Virus record (IMG/VR): IMGVR_UViG_3300033124_000732
Direction: 5' to 3' (one strand)
DNA: 64,000 nucleotides
DNA from: a virus
Lineage: Duplodnaviria > Heunggongvirae > Uroviricota > Caudoviricetes
Shown here: positions 43,629-53,684 of the stretch, piece by piece
Layout of the letters: each line of letters starts with the position of its first letter
Position numbering within the stretch: the stretch's first letter is position 1
Notes under the pieces: model-generated
Database searches by the model: none
What the model was told of the DNA's origin: nothing
Seen by the model: the letters and a program-made list of their open reading frames with translations, nothing else
Made by a program: the position numbers and the translations under genes

Positions 43629-44729
43629 TTAGAATAAATCCACAGTTTCCCAAGGCAAATAGTCTTTGCCAAAATGCCCGTAGTTAGTTGTTGTACTATA
43701 GATAGGGCGGAACAAGTCAAAACGTTCAATAATACCCTTGGGTGTCAAGTCAACGTTATCCTGAATCCATTTAGTTAGATCACGTCCTTGTTGTGCGTCA
43801 GCTGTTTCCACGTAGAAACTCATGGGTTGTGCAAGTCCAATTGCGTAACTGATCTGCACTGTAGCCCACGGTGCTTGACCACTTGCCACAATGTTCTTGG
43901 CAATCCAGCGTGTTAAGTAGGCAGCACTGCGATCCACTTTAGTAGGATCTTTGCCGCTGAAGGCTCCGCCACCATGAGGACTATACCCGCCGTAAGTGTC
44001 AACAATAATCTTGCGGCCAGTAAGCCCAGTATCGCCATCAGGCCCACCAATAACAAATCTACCAGTAGGGTTAATATAAAATTCAGTTTTGTCATCAACA
44101 TATTTTTCAGGAAGAGTACCACGGATTACACTTTCAACAGACATTCGAACTTGGTCGATGTCCACGGACTCATGATGCTGAGTTGAGCAAACTACTTTGG
44201 CAATGCGTTTGGGAGTACCATTGTCGTTGTATTCAAACGTTACTTGACTTTTGGCGTCTGGTCCTAACCACGGCAGTGCTAAACTTTTTCGTACACGAGT
44301 CAAAGTTTCTACAATACGATGGCTCCAATAGATTGCACTGGGCATATGATTATCAGTTTCGTTGCAGGCATAACCAAACATCAAGCCCTGATCGCCTGCG
44401 CCAAACGTATCTGTACCCAGTGCAATATCTGCACTTTGCCCGTGTAACAAGTTGGTAATTTCTGCCGTACGCCAATCAAAACCTGACTGTTCGTAACCCA
44501 CATCCTTGATAACTTTTCTCACTGCTGATTCAACTTCCTCAGCATGTAAAACGCCTTTGTATTCTCCTGCCACCACCACACGATTGGTAGTAACCAACGT
44601 TTCGCATGCGCAACGTAGAGCGGGATCCTGTTTAGCCATCACAATGTCTAGCACTGCATCGCTAATAGCATCCGCGATTTTGTCCGGATGTCCTTCTGAC
44701 ACACTTTCACTTGTAAATAGATAACTCAT
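43629..44729 (-). CDS. metK: S-adenosylmethionine synthetase
   Basis: SEGHPDKIAD signature. GAGDQG and DxGxTGRKII blocks. 366 aa, full length. Confidence 0.9.
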   Translation of the reverse strand: MSYLFTSESVSEGHPDKIADAISDAVLDIVMAKQDPALRCACETLVTTNRVVVAGEYKGVLHAEEVESAVRKVIKDVGYEQSGFDWRTAEITNLLHGQSADIALGTDTFGAGDQGLMFGYACNETDNHMPSAIYWSHRIVETLTRVRKSLALPWLGPDAKSQVTFEYNDNGTPKRIAKVVCSTQHHESVDIDQVRMSVESVIRGTLPEKYVDDKTEFYINPTGRFVIGGPDGDTGLTGRKIIVDTYGGYSPHGGGAFSGKDPTKVDRSAAYLTRWIAKNIVASGQAPWATVQISYAIGLAQPMSFYVETADAQQGRDLTKWIQDNVDLTPKGIIERFDLFRPIYSTTTNYGHFGKDYLPWETVDLF

Positions 44730-44782
44730 TAATTCCTTTTAATTTTAAAAATAACATGTTTGTTTGCTTTGGAGACTGGTCA

Positions 44783-44986
44783 TTACTTGAGTCCCCATTT
44801 GATTTTCAACCATATACGTTCGTGTATGTAGTAATCAACACTCAACAGAATGTGTAATGCAGTAGCAAACCCTGCTGAGTTGCCTAGATTACCTGTAAAT
44901 AGGTATGTCCAAAAGATTGTGAACAGCCAGGCTGTCAATCTATATGTAAGCATCCTTGCTACTGTACGTTTTTTTGTTTCGGACAT
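44783..44986 (-). CDS. small membrane protein (67 aa)
   Basis: Two hydrophobic segments. Confidence 0.35.
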   Translation of the reverse strand: MSETKKRTVARMLTYRLTAWLFTIFWTYLFTGNLGNSAGFATALHILLSVDYYIHERIWLKIKWGLK

Positions 44987-45859
44987 TTATTTGCCCCAGC
45001 CATTGCCCCAGAGATCCACATGCAATCTTGGGCTATAGTTATAACCACGAGCCAGTGCCCAGTCAGCTACATTCACTCGGTTGCGTTCGTATGGAGTGAC
45101 CACACCGCCTTGTGGCATCACATAGGTAACACCACGGAAACCTGCTTCACGATATGCAGCCACAGCACGATCAACTTCTTCAAAGTGTGCCAGTGTTTCT
45201 ACCACAAATTTTAAATATACTGTGCCATGCATTTGATAGTCTGCCACAATCTCGGGCTTGATAGCATCCGACCACGATTCGCCTGACGCTGATAGCTTGG
45301 GACTTACTGAGAAAGTAATTTCTCGCGTGGGCACGGCCCCTAGTGCAGGGCGACGCCATTCGTGCAAAAATGTTCGAAATGCTGGCTGTAACTTTTGAGT
45401 GCCATTGGTTTCGAATGTGATGTTCTTTAAGTCACCCATACTGCCTTGCGACAGCAGTTCTTCGTATCCACGCTGCCAACCCAACAGCGGTTCACCACCT
45501 GTGATCACAAGATGCACATCATTGCCGTTGTCTTGTTGCCAGTGATGATTGGGTGTAAGAACCAACATCTTTTCAATCAGTTCATCATGTGTGAGTGTGT
45601 GACTTAGTTCCTTAAATGCAGGATGCCACGAAGCGTAGCTATCACATCCGGTGTTCACAAGCGGCAGTTCAAGAAAATCCTTGTACAGGTGTATGTTCTT
45701 TGCCACTTGGTCTGCTTCGGTAGACTGTACGCCCGGAGCGCAGCCAAAGCCTGAGCAAGTGAAGTTGCATCCGTATGTGCGTAGGAACACTGAAGGAACA
45801 CCAACAAAGCGTCCTTCGCCCTGTGCAGAATAAAATAACTCACTAACTTTTAATTTCAT
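44987..45859 (-). CDS. queE: 7-carboxy-7-deazaguanine synthase QueE (radical SAM)
   Basis: ELFYSAQGEGRFVGVPSVFLRTYGCNFTC matches the QueE N-terminal consensus (E.F.S.QGEG...G.P..F.R..GCN..C). Cys cluster C31/C35/C40. Confidence 0.75.
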   Translation of the reverse strand: MKLKVSELFYSAQGEGRFVGVPSVFLRTYGCNFTCSGFGCAPGVQSTEADQVAKNIHLYKDFLELPLVNTGCDSYASWHPAFKELSHTLTHDELIEKMLVLTPNHHWQQDNGNDVHLVITGGEPLLGWQRGYEELLSQGSMGDLKNITFETNGTQKLQPAFRTFLHEWRRPALGAVPTREITFSVSPKLSASGESWSDAIKPEIVADYQMHGTVYLKFVVETLAHFEEVDRAVAAYREAGFRGVTYVMPQGGVVTPYERNRVNVADWALARGYNYSPRLHVDLWGNGWGK

Positions 45860-46629
45860 ATTTTTGTTGCTTTAACCAGTAGATGCCAACCCAAGTATTC
45901 GCGAACTGCTTGACGCATTTCTTCGCTCATTGCCGCAAACCAAGGTTCCAGTTCATAGATACCTTGCTTGTACTTAGGTACATTATACATGAAACAATGC
46001 GCTTGTCTAATGCGTCCGATATGGAATTTGCCCTCTAGCAACTGATAGACTTCTTCTTTTGTGTAGGCTTTGGCATACGGACATCCGGCTTGTGCTTCGT
46101 ATTGGTCCAGACCTTTTTGGATCATGGCATACTTCCAACTGTCACGAGCATACACTAGCATTTTGAACTCGCCACCGTCCACGGTCAAACTGTGTATGTT
46201 TTCAATCACACGATCAATGTCTGGATAGTGATGTAACACACCACAACTGTAAACCAAATCAAATTTGCCCAAGTGTGACAAGTCATCATCGCCGCTACCT
46301 TGAATGAATTGACCTTCCAGTCCCAAAACTTCAAATCGTTTCCGGGCCAATGCAATGCTTTCACTGCTGAGATCGATACCAACATACTCGGCACCATGCT
46401 TGGCAAACTCAGCTGCATCGGCACCAATGCCACATCCAATTTCTAACACACGTTTGCCAGCATACAAATGAAACTGTGCTAGATCTTTGAGATGTGGTTC
46501 AACAAAGTAGCGTTTTTCGCTATTCTCGTTAAAGAATTGTTCAGTACCAACTTCACTGGCGCTGTGGTTGATGTTACAGGGCTGGCGATCCCAGTACTGC
46601 ACAATCTTGTCTATTAGTTCATTGCTCAA
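45856..46629 (-). CDS. class I SAM-dependent methyltransferase
   Basis: VLEIGCGIGADAAEF (motif I) and downstream DLVYSCGVLHH (motif II region). Confidence 0.7.
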   Translation of the reverse strand: MSNELIDKIVQYWDRQPCNINHSASEVGTEQFFNENSEKRYFVEPHLKDLAQFHLYAGKRVLEIGCGIGADAAEFAKHGAEYVGIDLSSESIALARKRFEVLGLEGQFIQGSGDDDLSHLGKFDLVYSCGVLHHYPDIDRVIENIHSLTVDGGEFKMLVYARDSWKYAMIQKGLDQYEAQAGCPYAKAYTKEEVYQLLEGKFHIGRIRQAHCFMYNVPKYKQGIYELEPWFAAMSEEMRQAVREYLGWHLLVKATKI

Positions 46630-47476
46630 AGGGACTGTCCTTCCATTGTCTTAATCGTTTGTGTGGATCTTGCAGGACCATTCTGGCCCAGATGTTTGGA
46701 TTTTTACCGGTCATTGAATCTCTAAACCACGTGGTATCGCGGCCTATGCTGTCAAGATAGTCTGCAATTTTTTCAGTTTCTTCAACCCTGCGTTTGCGCC
46801 AGGTAATGTGATTGAAATCTCTAGGATCATTGCCGGGCATGTTTTCCAACATGATACGTTCTTTGAATGTTTCATCCAAGTTCTCGCCAGTAAGATCATA
46901 GCGTTCATGGTGTACCATTACAGGAATTGTTTTCACAATATCCAACATCCAAGCCACTTGGCTGGTCCAGGCATCGTTGATTTGATGCGGACTCAAATGG
47001 CCAGTAATTTCCACCCACTTCTTTGGCAGGATAGGAAAGATAGCATAAGGGTGTTCGTGATTGGTTTCGGCACGGAGCAAATTGAATTCTTGCCCGTTGT
47101 CTCGAATCACCTGATCCCAATCCTGTGTTTTCATCACAGCATCGTCATTCCAAAAGAACAACCAAGAGCCTTGACTGTGCTTGGCCAACTCGTTAAGGTA
47201 CTCGTTTAGTCGCATGTACCCTAATCTTTCAAACTGTATGGCGCTGTATTCTACACCAAGGTCATCAAGATAAGGTTGTACGACATCCACAAAGTGTTTG
47301 ATGTTTTCACTATCATCATTATCAAATGCCAACATCACTTCTATTCGACTGGGGTCTTTGGCCCGGTCAAGTAGAGTGCGTAGGCATTGTTCTAGTGGTT
47401 TTGGTCTGCCACGAGTGGGCAATAAAATACTGATGTCGATGGGATTGTCAAGGGGTAATAAGTTCTCTGTTGTCAT
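46619..47476 (-). CDS. glycosyltransferase family 2-like protein
   Basis: ISILLPTRGRP...MLAFDNDDSE, a GT-A DxD-containing N-terminal fold. 285 aa. Confidence 0.6.
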   Translation of the reverse strand: MTTENLLPLDNPIDISILLPTRGRPKPLEQCLRTLLDRAKDPSRIEVMLAFDNDDSENIKHFVDVVQPYLDDLGVEYSAIQFERLGYMRLNEYLNELAKHSQGSWLFFWNDDAVMKTQDWDQVIRDNGQEFNLLRAETNHEHPYAIFPILPKKWVEITGHLSPHQINDAWTSQVAWMLDIVKTIPVMVHHERYDLTGENLDETFKERIMLENMPGNDPRDFNHITWRKRRVEETEKIADYLDSIGRDTTWFRDSMTGKNPNIWARMVLQDPHKRLRQWKDSPFEQ

Positions 47477-49421
47477 ATTCTATTTCAGGTAAGTTGGCTG
47501 AATTAGTTTTTGTTATTGTTGTTTTTCCAAAATTCCGCTTGCGAGCAAAATACATGTTCTCTAAGAACCGATCCATGCTCATGGTTTTATCTTCCACGCT
47601 GTCAAATTTGTACAAGCATGGTGTGTTGATGTCAGCATCGTCCAGTAGATATCCAAGAAAGTCATAGTCAAACTTTTGTTGAATTGGCAATGCTGGTAAA
47701 TCTTTGTAATCAATCACATAGTTTCTCTGAAACTGCAACAACTGATTTAGTATGTTGCTGTCAATAGTATACGTGGTTCTTACAAAGTTGTCAATGATAT
47801 CGAACACATGATTGATCTTTTGTTGCTGTTGCATATACAAAGTGGTTCGATGCACAAGATTCCATCCAAACACTTCGATGTTGCCAATTCGAGGATGATT
47901 GATACGACCGTCTGTGGTCCAGTTTCTAAAGTAACTGCGTGTCTCATCAAACTGTTGTTGAAACCATGCATCGCTTTCAATATACTTGTACAAACTGTCG
48001 TAGAACTCACTGTAGTCAATGTCATGAGCTTTGGCCAAGTATCTAGCAATGTACGTGGTCAACCCGTTGATGTGAAAAGTTTGAATAAAACTGTTCCATA
48101 CCAGTGTGTCCAACATCATTTCTCGTGGAATGTCTTTGGTTCCTACCACAACATCCACACACTCGTCCATGTCTACATCACCATAGCTGCCACTCATGTA
48201 GTCATACACTGGCACTGAATCCAGCTTCCACATTCGTTTTTGCAAGAGATTCATCTCGGCATTTTCCAACAACTGCGCTTGGAGAATGTTCACACCAGTA
48301 TGGTTACCTGCACGGAAGATTTGCCAAAAAGCATTTTTCCAAGTTTCCACAGTTTCACCTGGCAAGCCCAAGATAACTTCTGTGTACACAGGAATATTGT
48401 TGCGATCACACAAAGCAAAGATTTCGTCAATCTTGTGTTGATCAAGATTTCTACGCTTGATGTTTTCCAACACATCGTGGTCCATGCTTTGCACACTCAC
48501 AGTAAGGCCTTGACCAAAGTTGGGGCTTTCGTCGATCAATTTCTTTACAATGCCCACTACTTCGTTCTTTTGATTCTTGGCCCATGTCATAGAAAATGAC
48601 GCCAGCTTGGCCCATTGCTTTTGTACTTCAATCAACTTGTCCACAATCATGTTGTCACGTTCAATGAACATGCCAAAGTTGGCATCTGTGATTGTGACAA
48701 ATCCGCAATGGCGACCAATCCATTCTAATTCATGGAACACTCTAGTGAGTTCAAATTTCTTGACCTTGTTGTAAGTGAGACTGCCCCAGTCACAAAAGGT
48801 ACACTGATAAGGGCAACCGCGATTGGTTTCCAATGTAGCATTCCAAATTACATCAGGATTTTCAGCTATGATTCGATCAAAGATGCCGGCAAGGTAAGGA
48901 CTGGGGATTTGATCTAGATTGTCGATTCTGGCACAATCTCCAGTGTCTACTAGCCCTGCTGGTGTGTTAATCAACAAGCCAGGAATGTGCGTAAAGTCTG
49001 TGTCAAAATCTTCTAGGATGCGTTTGAATGTGATCTCGCCTTCCATCTTGCTCACAAGATCCATGAAAGGTTCTTTCACAAACAATTCAGGATCCGTAAT
49101 AGCAGGCTCGGGTCCACCAAATATAATTTTTACTTTGGGATTGAGTTCTTTGATTCGACGTGCTAGTTTGTAGTTGTATCTGTGATTCCATACATAGGCA
49201 CTAAACGCCACAATGTCATTGTGTTGCAATCTTGCGGCTGCTTCTTCAATGGGCTCTCTACGCCAAATTAATTCATCAATTTCCCAGGCATTTTTAATAT
49301 GCTCAAACCCAAAGGCGTAACTCAAAATCACACCTGCAGAATACGGCAAGTAGTAGGCATTGAATTCTTTAGGCCCTTGTTGAAAGTTGGGCTGTACAAA
49401 ACTTATTGTTTTTTTGTTCAT
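47448..49421 (-). CDS. cobalamin-binding-domain radical SAM enzyme (657 aa)
   Basis: N-terminal B12-binding-like Rossmann segment (KVKIIFGGPEP). CxxxCxxC in TNRGCPYQCTFCDWGS. Confidence 0.75.
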   Translation of the reverse strand: MNKKTISFVQPNFQQGPKEFNAYYLPYSAGVILSYAFGFEHIKNAWEIDELIWRREPIEEAAARLQHNDIVAFSAYVWNHRYNYKLARRIKELNPKVKIIFGGPEPAITDPELFVKEPFMDLVSKMEGEITFKRILEDFDTDFTHIPGLLINTPAGLVDTGDCARIDNLDQIPSPYLAGIFDRIIAENPDVIWNATLETNRGCPYQCTFCDWGSLTYNKVKKFELTRVFHELEWIGRHCGFVTITDANFGMFIERDNMIVDKLIEVQKQWAKLASFSMTWAKNQKNEVVGIVKKLIDESPNFGQGLTVSVQSMDHDVLENIKRRNLDQHKIDEIFALCDRNNIPVYTEVILGLPGETVETWKNAFWQIFRAGNHTGVNILQAQLLENAEMNLLQKRMWKLDSVPVYDYMSGSYGDVDMDECVDVVVGTKDIPREMMLDTLVWNSFIQTFHINGLTTYIARYLAKAHDIDYSEFYDSLYKYIESDAWFQQQFDETRSYFRNWTTDGRINHPRIGNIEVFGWNLVHRTTLYMQQQQKINHVFDIIDNFVRTTYTIDSNILNQLLQFQRNYVIDYKDLPALPIQQKFDYDFLGYLLDDADINTPCLYKFDSVEDKTMSMDRFLENMYFARKRNFGKTTITKTNSANLPEIEYDNRELITP

Positions 49422-49504
49422 GTCTTATTTAATCTGTTCTGTGCCCTGGATATAACTTGTTAAAAACCCAGAGTTACCTGGGTTTTTGTTATGGTCAATG
49501 TCCA

Positions 49505-50131
49505 TTAGTTAGGTTGTTTAATATCTTCTACTATTTTTTTCTGCAAGTGACTCAACAACAATCCATAAGCAGGTAGGATAACCAATAAGCTCACAATGAC
49601 TTTGCTGATTGAATTGTTGGTTGCAACAATGTGCCAGTTAGCAGCCATAAACTCATTGGCACCACCGGCAAATGCAGTAAAGAAGAACACATAGGTATCA
49701 AAGAATGTGCTCACAATTGAACTCAACGCAGGTGCAATCCACCAAGTAGCATACTTCTCACGAATGTATTGGAACACGTACACATCAAGCAAATTGCTCA
49801 CAAAGTATGCAACACCTGAACCAAGACCAATCCGGAAAGCCACTGAGTCAGGAGCACCGCCTAATTTGACTACCGCCATTGATACAATGATGGCAGGGAT
49901 GAATGCCAAGGCAATCACGGCACGACCAGTTTGTTTGCCTAACATTCGCACAGTCAAGTCGGTCAACACAACCACTAGTGGAAATGTGAACGCGGCTGCT
50001 GCCAATGGTGCACCAAACACTGAGAATTTAAATTGCACGATGTAATTGCTAACAGCAATAATAATGATATGTGCCAGCATGAGCTTGTAGGCCAATGCAC
50101 GGTCAACACCATTTAAGATTCGATCTAACAT
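49505..50131 (-). CDS. YhhQ/VUT-family queuosine-precursor (preQ0) transporter homolog
   Basis: 208 aa with about 6 TM segments. FPLVVVLTDLT resembles the DUF165/YhhQ FPLTYLLSD block. Sits among queuosine-precursor genes. Confidence 0.55.
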   Translation of the reverse strand: MLDRILNGVDRALAYKLMLAHIIIIAVSNYIVQFKFSVFGAPLAAAAFTFPLVVVLTDLTVRMLGKQTGRAVIALAFIPAIIVSMAVVKLGGAPDSVAFRIGLGSGVAYFVSNLLDVYVFQYIREKYATWWIAPALSSIVSTFFDTYVFFFTAFAGGANEFMAANWHIVATNNSISKVIVSLLVILPAYGLLLSHLQKKIVEDIKQPN

Positions 50132-50148
50132 GATTTTTCCTTGTTATA

Positions 50149-50646
50149 TTAAACGAACAGATCTTCCATCCACTCGCGATGGCCTTCTCGGAAAGCCATG
50201 TTGCTCTGTGTTTCACGCACTTCTACACGATAGCACCAGAGACGCTCTGCTTCACCCGGTCCCCACAGGTCCGGAATGTAAACACCGTTCACATACTTGT
50301 ACAGCATGTCTGCTAGGCCTTCACAGCCCAGCCGTGGTAGGATGGTGAGTTTGGCCATTTTCTTCTCTTGCAAGAGCTTGTATGTTTCCAGCTCTGGATC
50401 ATCTGCAGATACTAGTAAGGTATGATCAAATTGATCTTCCAATTGCTTCTTGAGTTCTTTGAGACCACCATAATCGGCTGCCCAATTGCGTACATCCAGG
50501 TTGTCTGTGCCAAAGTAAAACTTCATCGAAAAACTGTAACCATGAATTAGATTGCAGTGGCTGTCAGCCCTCCACTGTCTATACGCACATGGAAATGCGT
50601 CATGGTACTCTTTGGTTGAAGTAAATTTGTATGTTATCGGTTGCAT
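50149..50646 (-). CDS. queD: 6-carboxy-5,6,7,8-tetrahydropterin synthase QueD
   Basis: CxxxHGH zinc motif (SHCNLIHGYSF). AGGAGG RBS 7 nt upstream of the ATG at 50646. The ORF track's extension to 50814 is rejected. Confidence 0.75.
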   Translation of the reverse strand: MQPITYKFTSTKEYHDAFPCAYRQWRADSHCNLIHGYSFSMKFYFGTDNLDVRNWAADYGGLKELKKQLEDQFDHTLLVSADDPELETYKLLQEKKMAKLTILPRLGCEGLADMLYKYVNGVYIPDLWGPGEAERLWCYRVEVRETQSNMAFREGHREWMEDLFV

Positions 50647-50729
50647 TATTTGTCCTCCTATGACATTATAGCATAGGCAGCAGAGTTTGTATAGCGGGAT
50701 GATGCCGGACAGGCCGCTTAGAGAAATAC

Positions 50730-51125
50730 TTATGCAGGTTGTTGATAGCCTGTTGTTTTGTAGTTGGCTTGTCCGTGAATAACTCCACGTACCCCACCCA
50801 CAGGATCTGCACAATCGCCCACACGTCGTGGAATCAAATGCACATGCGGATACATTACAGTTTGCCCTGCTTCTCGCCCCATGTTGATGCCAATGTTGAA
50901 CGCATCACACTTGCCATCAGCTACCATACGCCGACCATGCAACATGGCTGATTCAAAACATTCCATGATTACATCATCAGTATTGTATTGTGGCACAAAC
51001 AACAAATGTCCTGAAGTTACTGGAAAGCGATCACGGAACGCAGCTACATGAAAGTCCGAAAGTTCTTCCACACGGTCGTCCCAGGGTGCAATGCCTTGTT
51101 GACGTGCAATTTCTAAATCAGTCAT
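50730..51125 (-). CDS. HIT-family (histidine triad) protein
   Basis: HVHLIP histidine-triad motif. 131 aa. Confidence 0.7.
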   Translation of the reverse strand: MTDLEIARQQGIAPWDDRVEELSDFHVAAFRDRFPVTSGHLLFVPQYNTDDVIMECFESAMLHGRRMVADGKCDAFNIGINMGREAGQTVMYPHVHLIPRRVGDCADPVGGVRGVIHGQANYKTTGYQQPA

Positions 51126-51955
51126 TTAACTCCTTTTAATACGTTGATTACATCTTGTTTGTTACCAAACTGGTGTGGTTGAGAATTTGGTACATGTGTA
51201 TACCAAAAGTCTAACATGCGAAACAGTCGTGTACTACTAGAAATCACTTGTTCTACCCAGGCAATTTTAGGCCTTGGCGACACATTATAAAATCTTAGTT
51301 TATTATACTGCTCATTTATTGCTGAATCAAACATTTTGATATATGCCAATGCTAATTCGGCAGTATACATAAAAAATCCTGTAGGGTGTTGACCGGATCT
51401 AAACACATCTAACGCAAAGTCCACAATGTTACAATAAAAGTGATCTTGATCTTGATCTTGATTGATATCACCCACACCATTTACATAGTATCCGCCAAGA
51501 GCTTGAATTTCGTCAGCTAGATATAAATTAGCTACAATACCAGTTTGGTGAGTGTTTCTTAACACTAACAAATACTTTTTAACAATGTCCTCATACTCAG
51601 AAATAGTTACTGTTTTAATTAACGGAGTTACGTTGTGTTGTTGGCACCAATATTCAGCATACCAAGACTCTGCGGCATTGAGATTGCTAACTTGAAGGAT
51701 CACTGGTGTAAATGAAATATGGTTTCTAACAAAAGTGTTGGCAATCAATTCACTGTCGAGTCCGCCACTAAGGCTGAGATATAGTGGCCGGTTGCTCCAC
51801 TCCTGGCATAGCATTTGTGCAGCAATGTCACATGCTGATTGAAAATCCAATTCTTCAGTAGCAGGATTGTTAACTCGAAATGAAAACTGTTCAGGTGTAA
51901 GATTTACACTGCACCAGCCATTATGGCCAGCTGGATGCCATGTGTTAACGCTCAT
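51122..51955 (-). CDS. PP-loop ATP pyrophosphatase-family protein (277 aa)
   Basis: LSLSGGLDSELIA (SGGxDS). No C-terminal Cys cluster, so not a canonical QueC. Confidence 0.6.
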   Translation of the reverse strand: MSVNTWHPAGHNGWCSVNLTPEQFSFRVNNPATEELDFQSACDIAAQMLCQEWSNRPLYLSLSGGLDSELIANTFVRNHISFTPVILQVSNLNAAESWYAEYWCQQHNVTPLIKTVTISEYEDIVKKYLLVLRNTHQTGIVANLYLADEIQALGGYYVNGVGDINQDQDQDHFYCNIVDFALDVFRSGQHPTGFFMYTAELALAYIKMFDSAINEQYNKLRFYNVSPRPKIAWVEQVISSSTRLFRMLDFWYTHVPNSQPHQFGNKQDVINVLKGVK

Positions 51956-52868
51956 CTACTACTAACTTTCCAGACTCATAGTAGCGACTAAAACACAATC
52001 TATTGGTTTGCAAACTGCCACGATTGTAGTGATCATATTTGTGCTCGGTGTCTATGCCAAACAGTACTGTATCACTTGGTTCAAGATCTAACTGATTGCA
52101 AAACTCCAATTGTTTAGAACGCCATTTGGTAAACGTGGTATCTGGATTTCTACTGGCCATTAATTTGAGACCAATTGCAGCCGATAACTTGTTTACGTAC
52201 TGAGTGCTGTGATAGATTTGCATGCCGTCTTCAAAATCTTCTCTAGCAAATCTAATACCAATACGCAAGGCATTTACCGGAAAACTTTTGCTAAGACTAA
52301 ACACCACCTCTTGAATAGCTGGATGAGAAAAGTCATAATGTTGATTTGCGCACACACCAAAGAAGGCAGCGTCAATCAGTACAGGCACGCCCAATTCATA
52401 ACACTTGTCCAAGAACTTCTGATTAAAATGTTCGTGTGTGTTTCCGGTATCAGCAAATGGCCAACTCACAATCACTGCATCATTTGTTTTGATATCATCA
52501 ACATCTATAAACGTCCATTGGTCTGCATAGTGACGCTGCCATATACGTTTGTGATAGATGTATTCTCCACGAAATACTCTAAACCGTCGATCATGATGTC
52601 GGATATAAAAATTATCAAAGGCTTCTGTAGTGCCTTGACTAAATGCCACAACTGGCAATGTATCCAACCCAGTCACAGTGTTTAGTTGGCTGCTCAAAAT
52701 CCAATTTTGAAATTGAGCACAGTAGTCGGGTACTACTGAATCGCCCAAGTTGTTAAGTGCAGTAGATTGCAACACTTGATGGGTTAGATCAAGTTGCTGT
52801 TGCTCCACAACACATTCAGCCGGCGCATAAGGCCGTCCAATCAATTCAGGCTGTAATGGTAGGGTCAT
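51945..52868 (-). CDS. PLP-dependent aminotransferase-like protein (class I/II-like)
   Basis: FSLSKSFPVNALRIGI resembles the SxSK...G.RxG PLP-lysine block. Low-to-moderate support. Confidence 0.45.
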   Translation of the reverse strand: MTLPLQPELIGRPYAPAECVVEQQQLDLTHQVLQSTALNNLGDSVVPDYCAQFQNWILSSQLNTVTGLDTLPVVAFSQGTTEAFDNFYIRHHDRRFRVFRGEYIYHKRIWQRHYADQWTFIDVDDIKTNDAVIVSWPFADTGNTHEHFNQKFLDKCYELGVPVLIDAAFFGVCANQHYDFSHPAIQEVVFSLSKSFPVNALRIGIRFAREDFEDGMQIYHSTQYVNKLSAAIGLKLMASRNPDTTFTKWRSKQLEFCNQLDLEPSDTVLFGIDTEHKYDHYNRGSLQTNRLCFSRYYESGKLVVDER

Positions 52869-53248
52869 GCTTGTTCCAGTTCCAGTTCACCGTAGAACCA
52901 GTATTCAGTATCATCATTGCTCCAGCCTAGACCTTCCATACCATCGTAAAAGTCTTCGTCCCAGGCTGCTTCGATTGCTTGTTGTTCTTCTTCAGTCATG
53001 TCATCTGGAAATGTCCAGTCTGCCCAACAGCCATCATCAAGATGGTCAAGTTCCCAGTCATACTCACTGTCGCCAAGTTCATAGCCATCTGGGTTGGCAA
53101 GATCCACATCAGGGCGCTCGTCGTTTTCGCAGTAGAACTTGCCCCAACGATAGCCTTCTTCACGGATGATAGTTCGCCCATCCTTGGTCCAAAACTGCTT
53201 TTCAACAGCGTTCTTTTTGGTCTTGGTAGTTAGCACCCAGGTGGACAT
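52865..53248 (-). CDS. hypothetical acidic protein (127 aa)
   Basis: Asp/Glu/Trp-rich ORF. Confidence 0.45.
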   Translation of the reverse strand: MSTWVLTTKTKKNAVEKQFWTKDGRTIIREEGYRWGKFYCENDERPDVDLANPDGYELGDSEYDWELDHLDDGCWADWTFPDDMTEEEQQAIEAAWDEDFYDGMEGLGWSNDDTEYWFYGELELEQA

Positions 53249-53574
53249 TAGTCTGCTCGCTCAATTTCAGTTGCTTCGCGAACCAACAACAACAGTTCTT
53301 CCACAGTGTCAACAATGATCTTGGCAGTCTTCCAGTTGTCTTCGTCGTCTCTGCCGCCCACCTCGATCATGTAGCCATTGTCATACATGTTGATGGTAAA
53401 GTTTTCATTGACCTTGGTCAACTTGTCGCTGAGTTTTTTAACAGACCCTGCGGCCTTTGTTTTTGATTTTGCCATTTGATTTTCCTCTGTAGTTAATGCT
53501 TCAAATTCCTGTTTCAACTCTTCAAGAGCTGCTGCCAGTTCTGCTTCGGATACCTTTGGTTTTTTTCGAGTCAT
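53248..53574 (-). CDS. hypothetical protein (108 aa)
   Basis: ORF with an ATG/stop overlap. Confidence 0.45.
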   Translation of the reverse strand: MTRKKPKVSEAELAAALEELKQEFEALTTEENQMAKSKTKAAGSVKKLSDKLTKVNENFTINMYDNGYMIEVGGRDDEDNWKTAKIIVDTVEELLLLVREATEIERAD

Positions 53575-53684
53575 TTAAATCTCCGCCAAGTGGTACTGAG
53601 AGTAGGGATAGGTTGCTTGCAACCATTCCAACAATCCTTCTTCAACTGGAAATTGAATGTTACCAGTTTTGTTAGATATAATAA

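Noticed and set aside
50647-50814. N-terminal 56-aa extension of the QueD ORF (track start at 50814)
   Set aside because: An AGGAGG RBS sits 7 nt upstream of the internal ATG at 50646. The extension overlaps the HIT gene and has no QueD homology; QueD proteins are about 120-170 aa.
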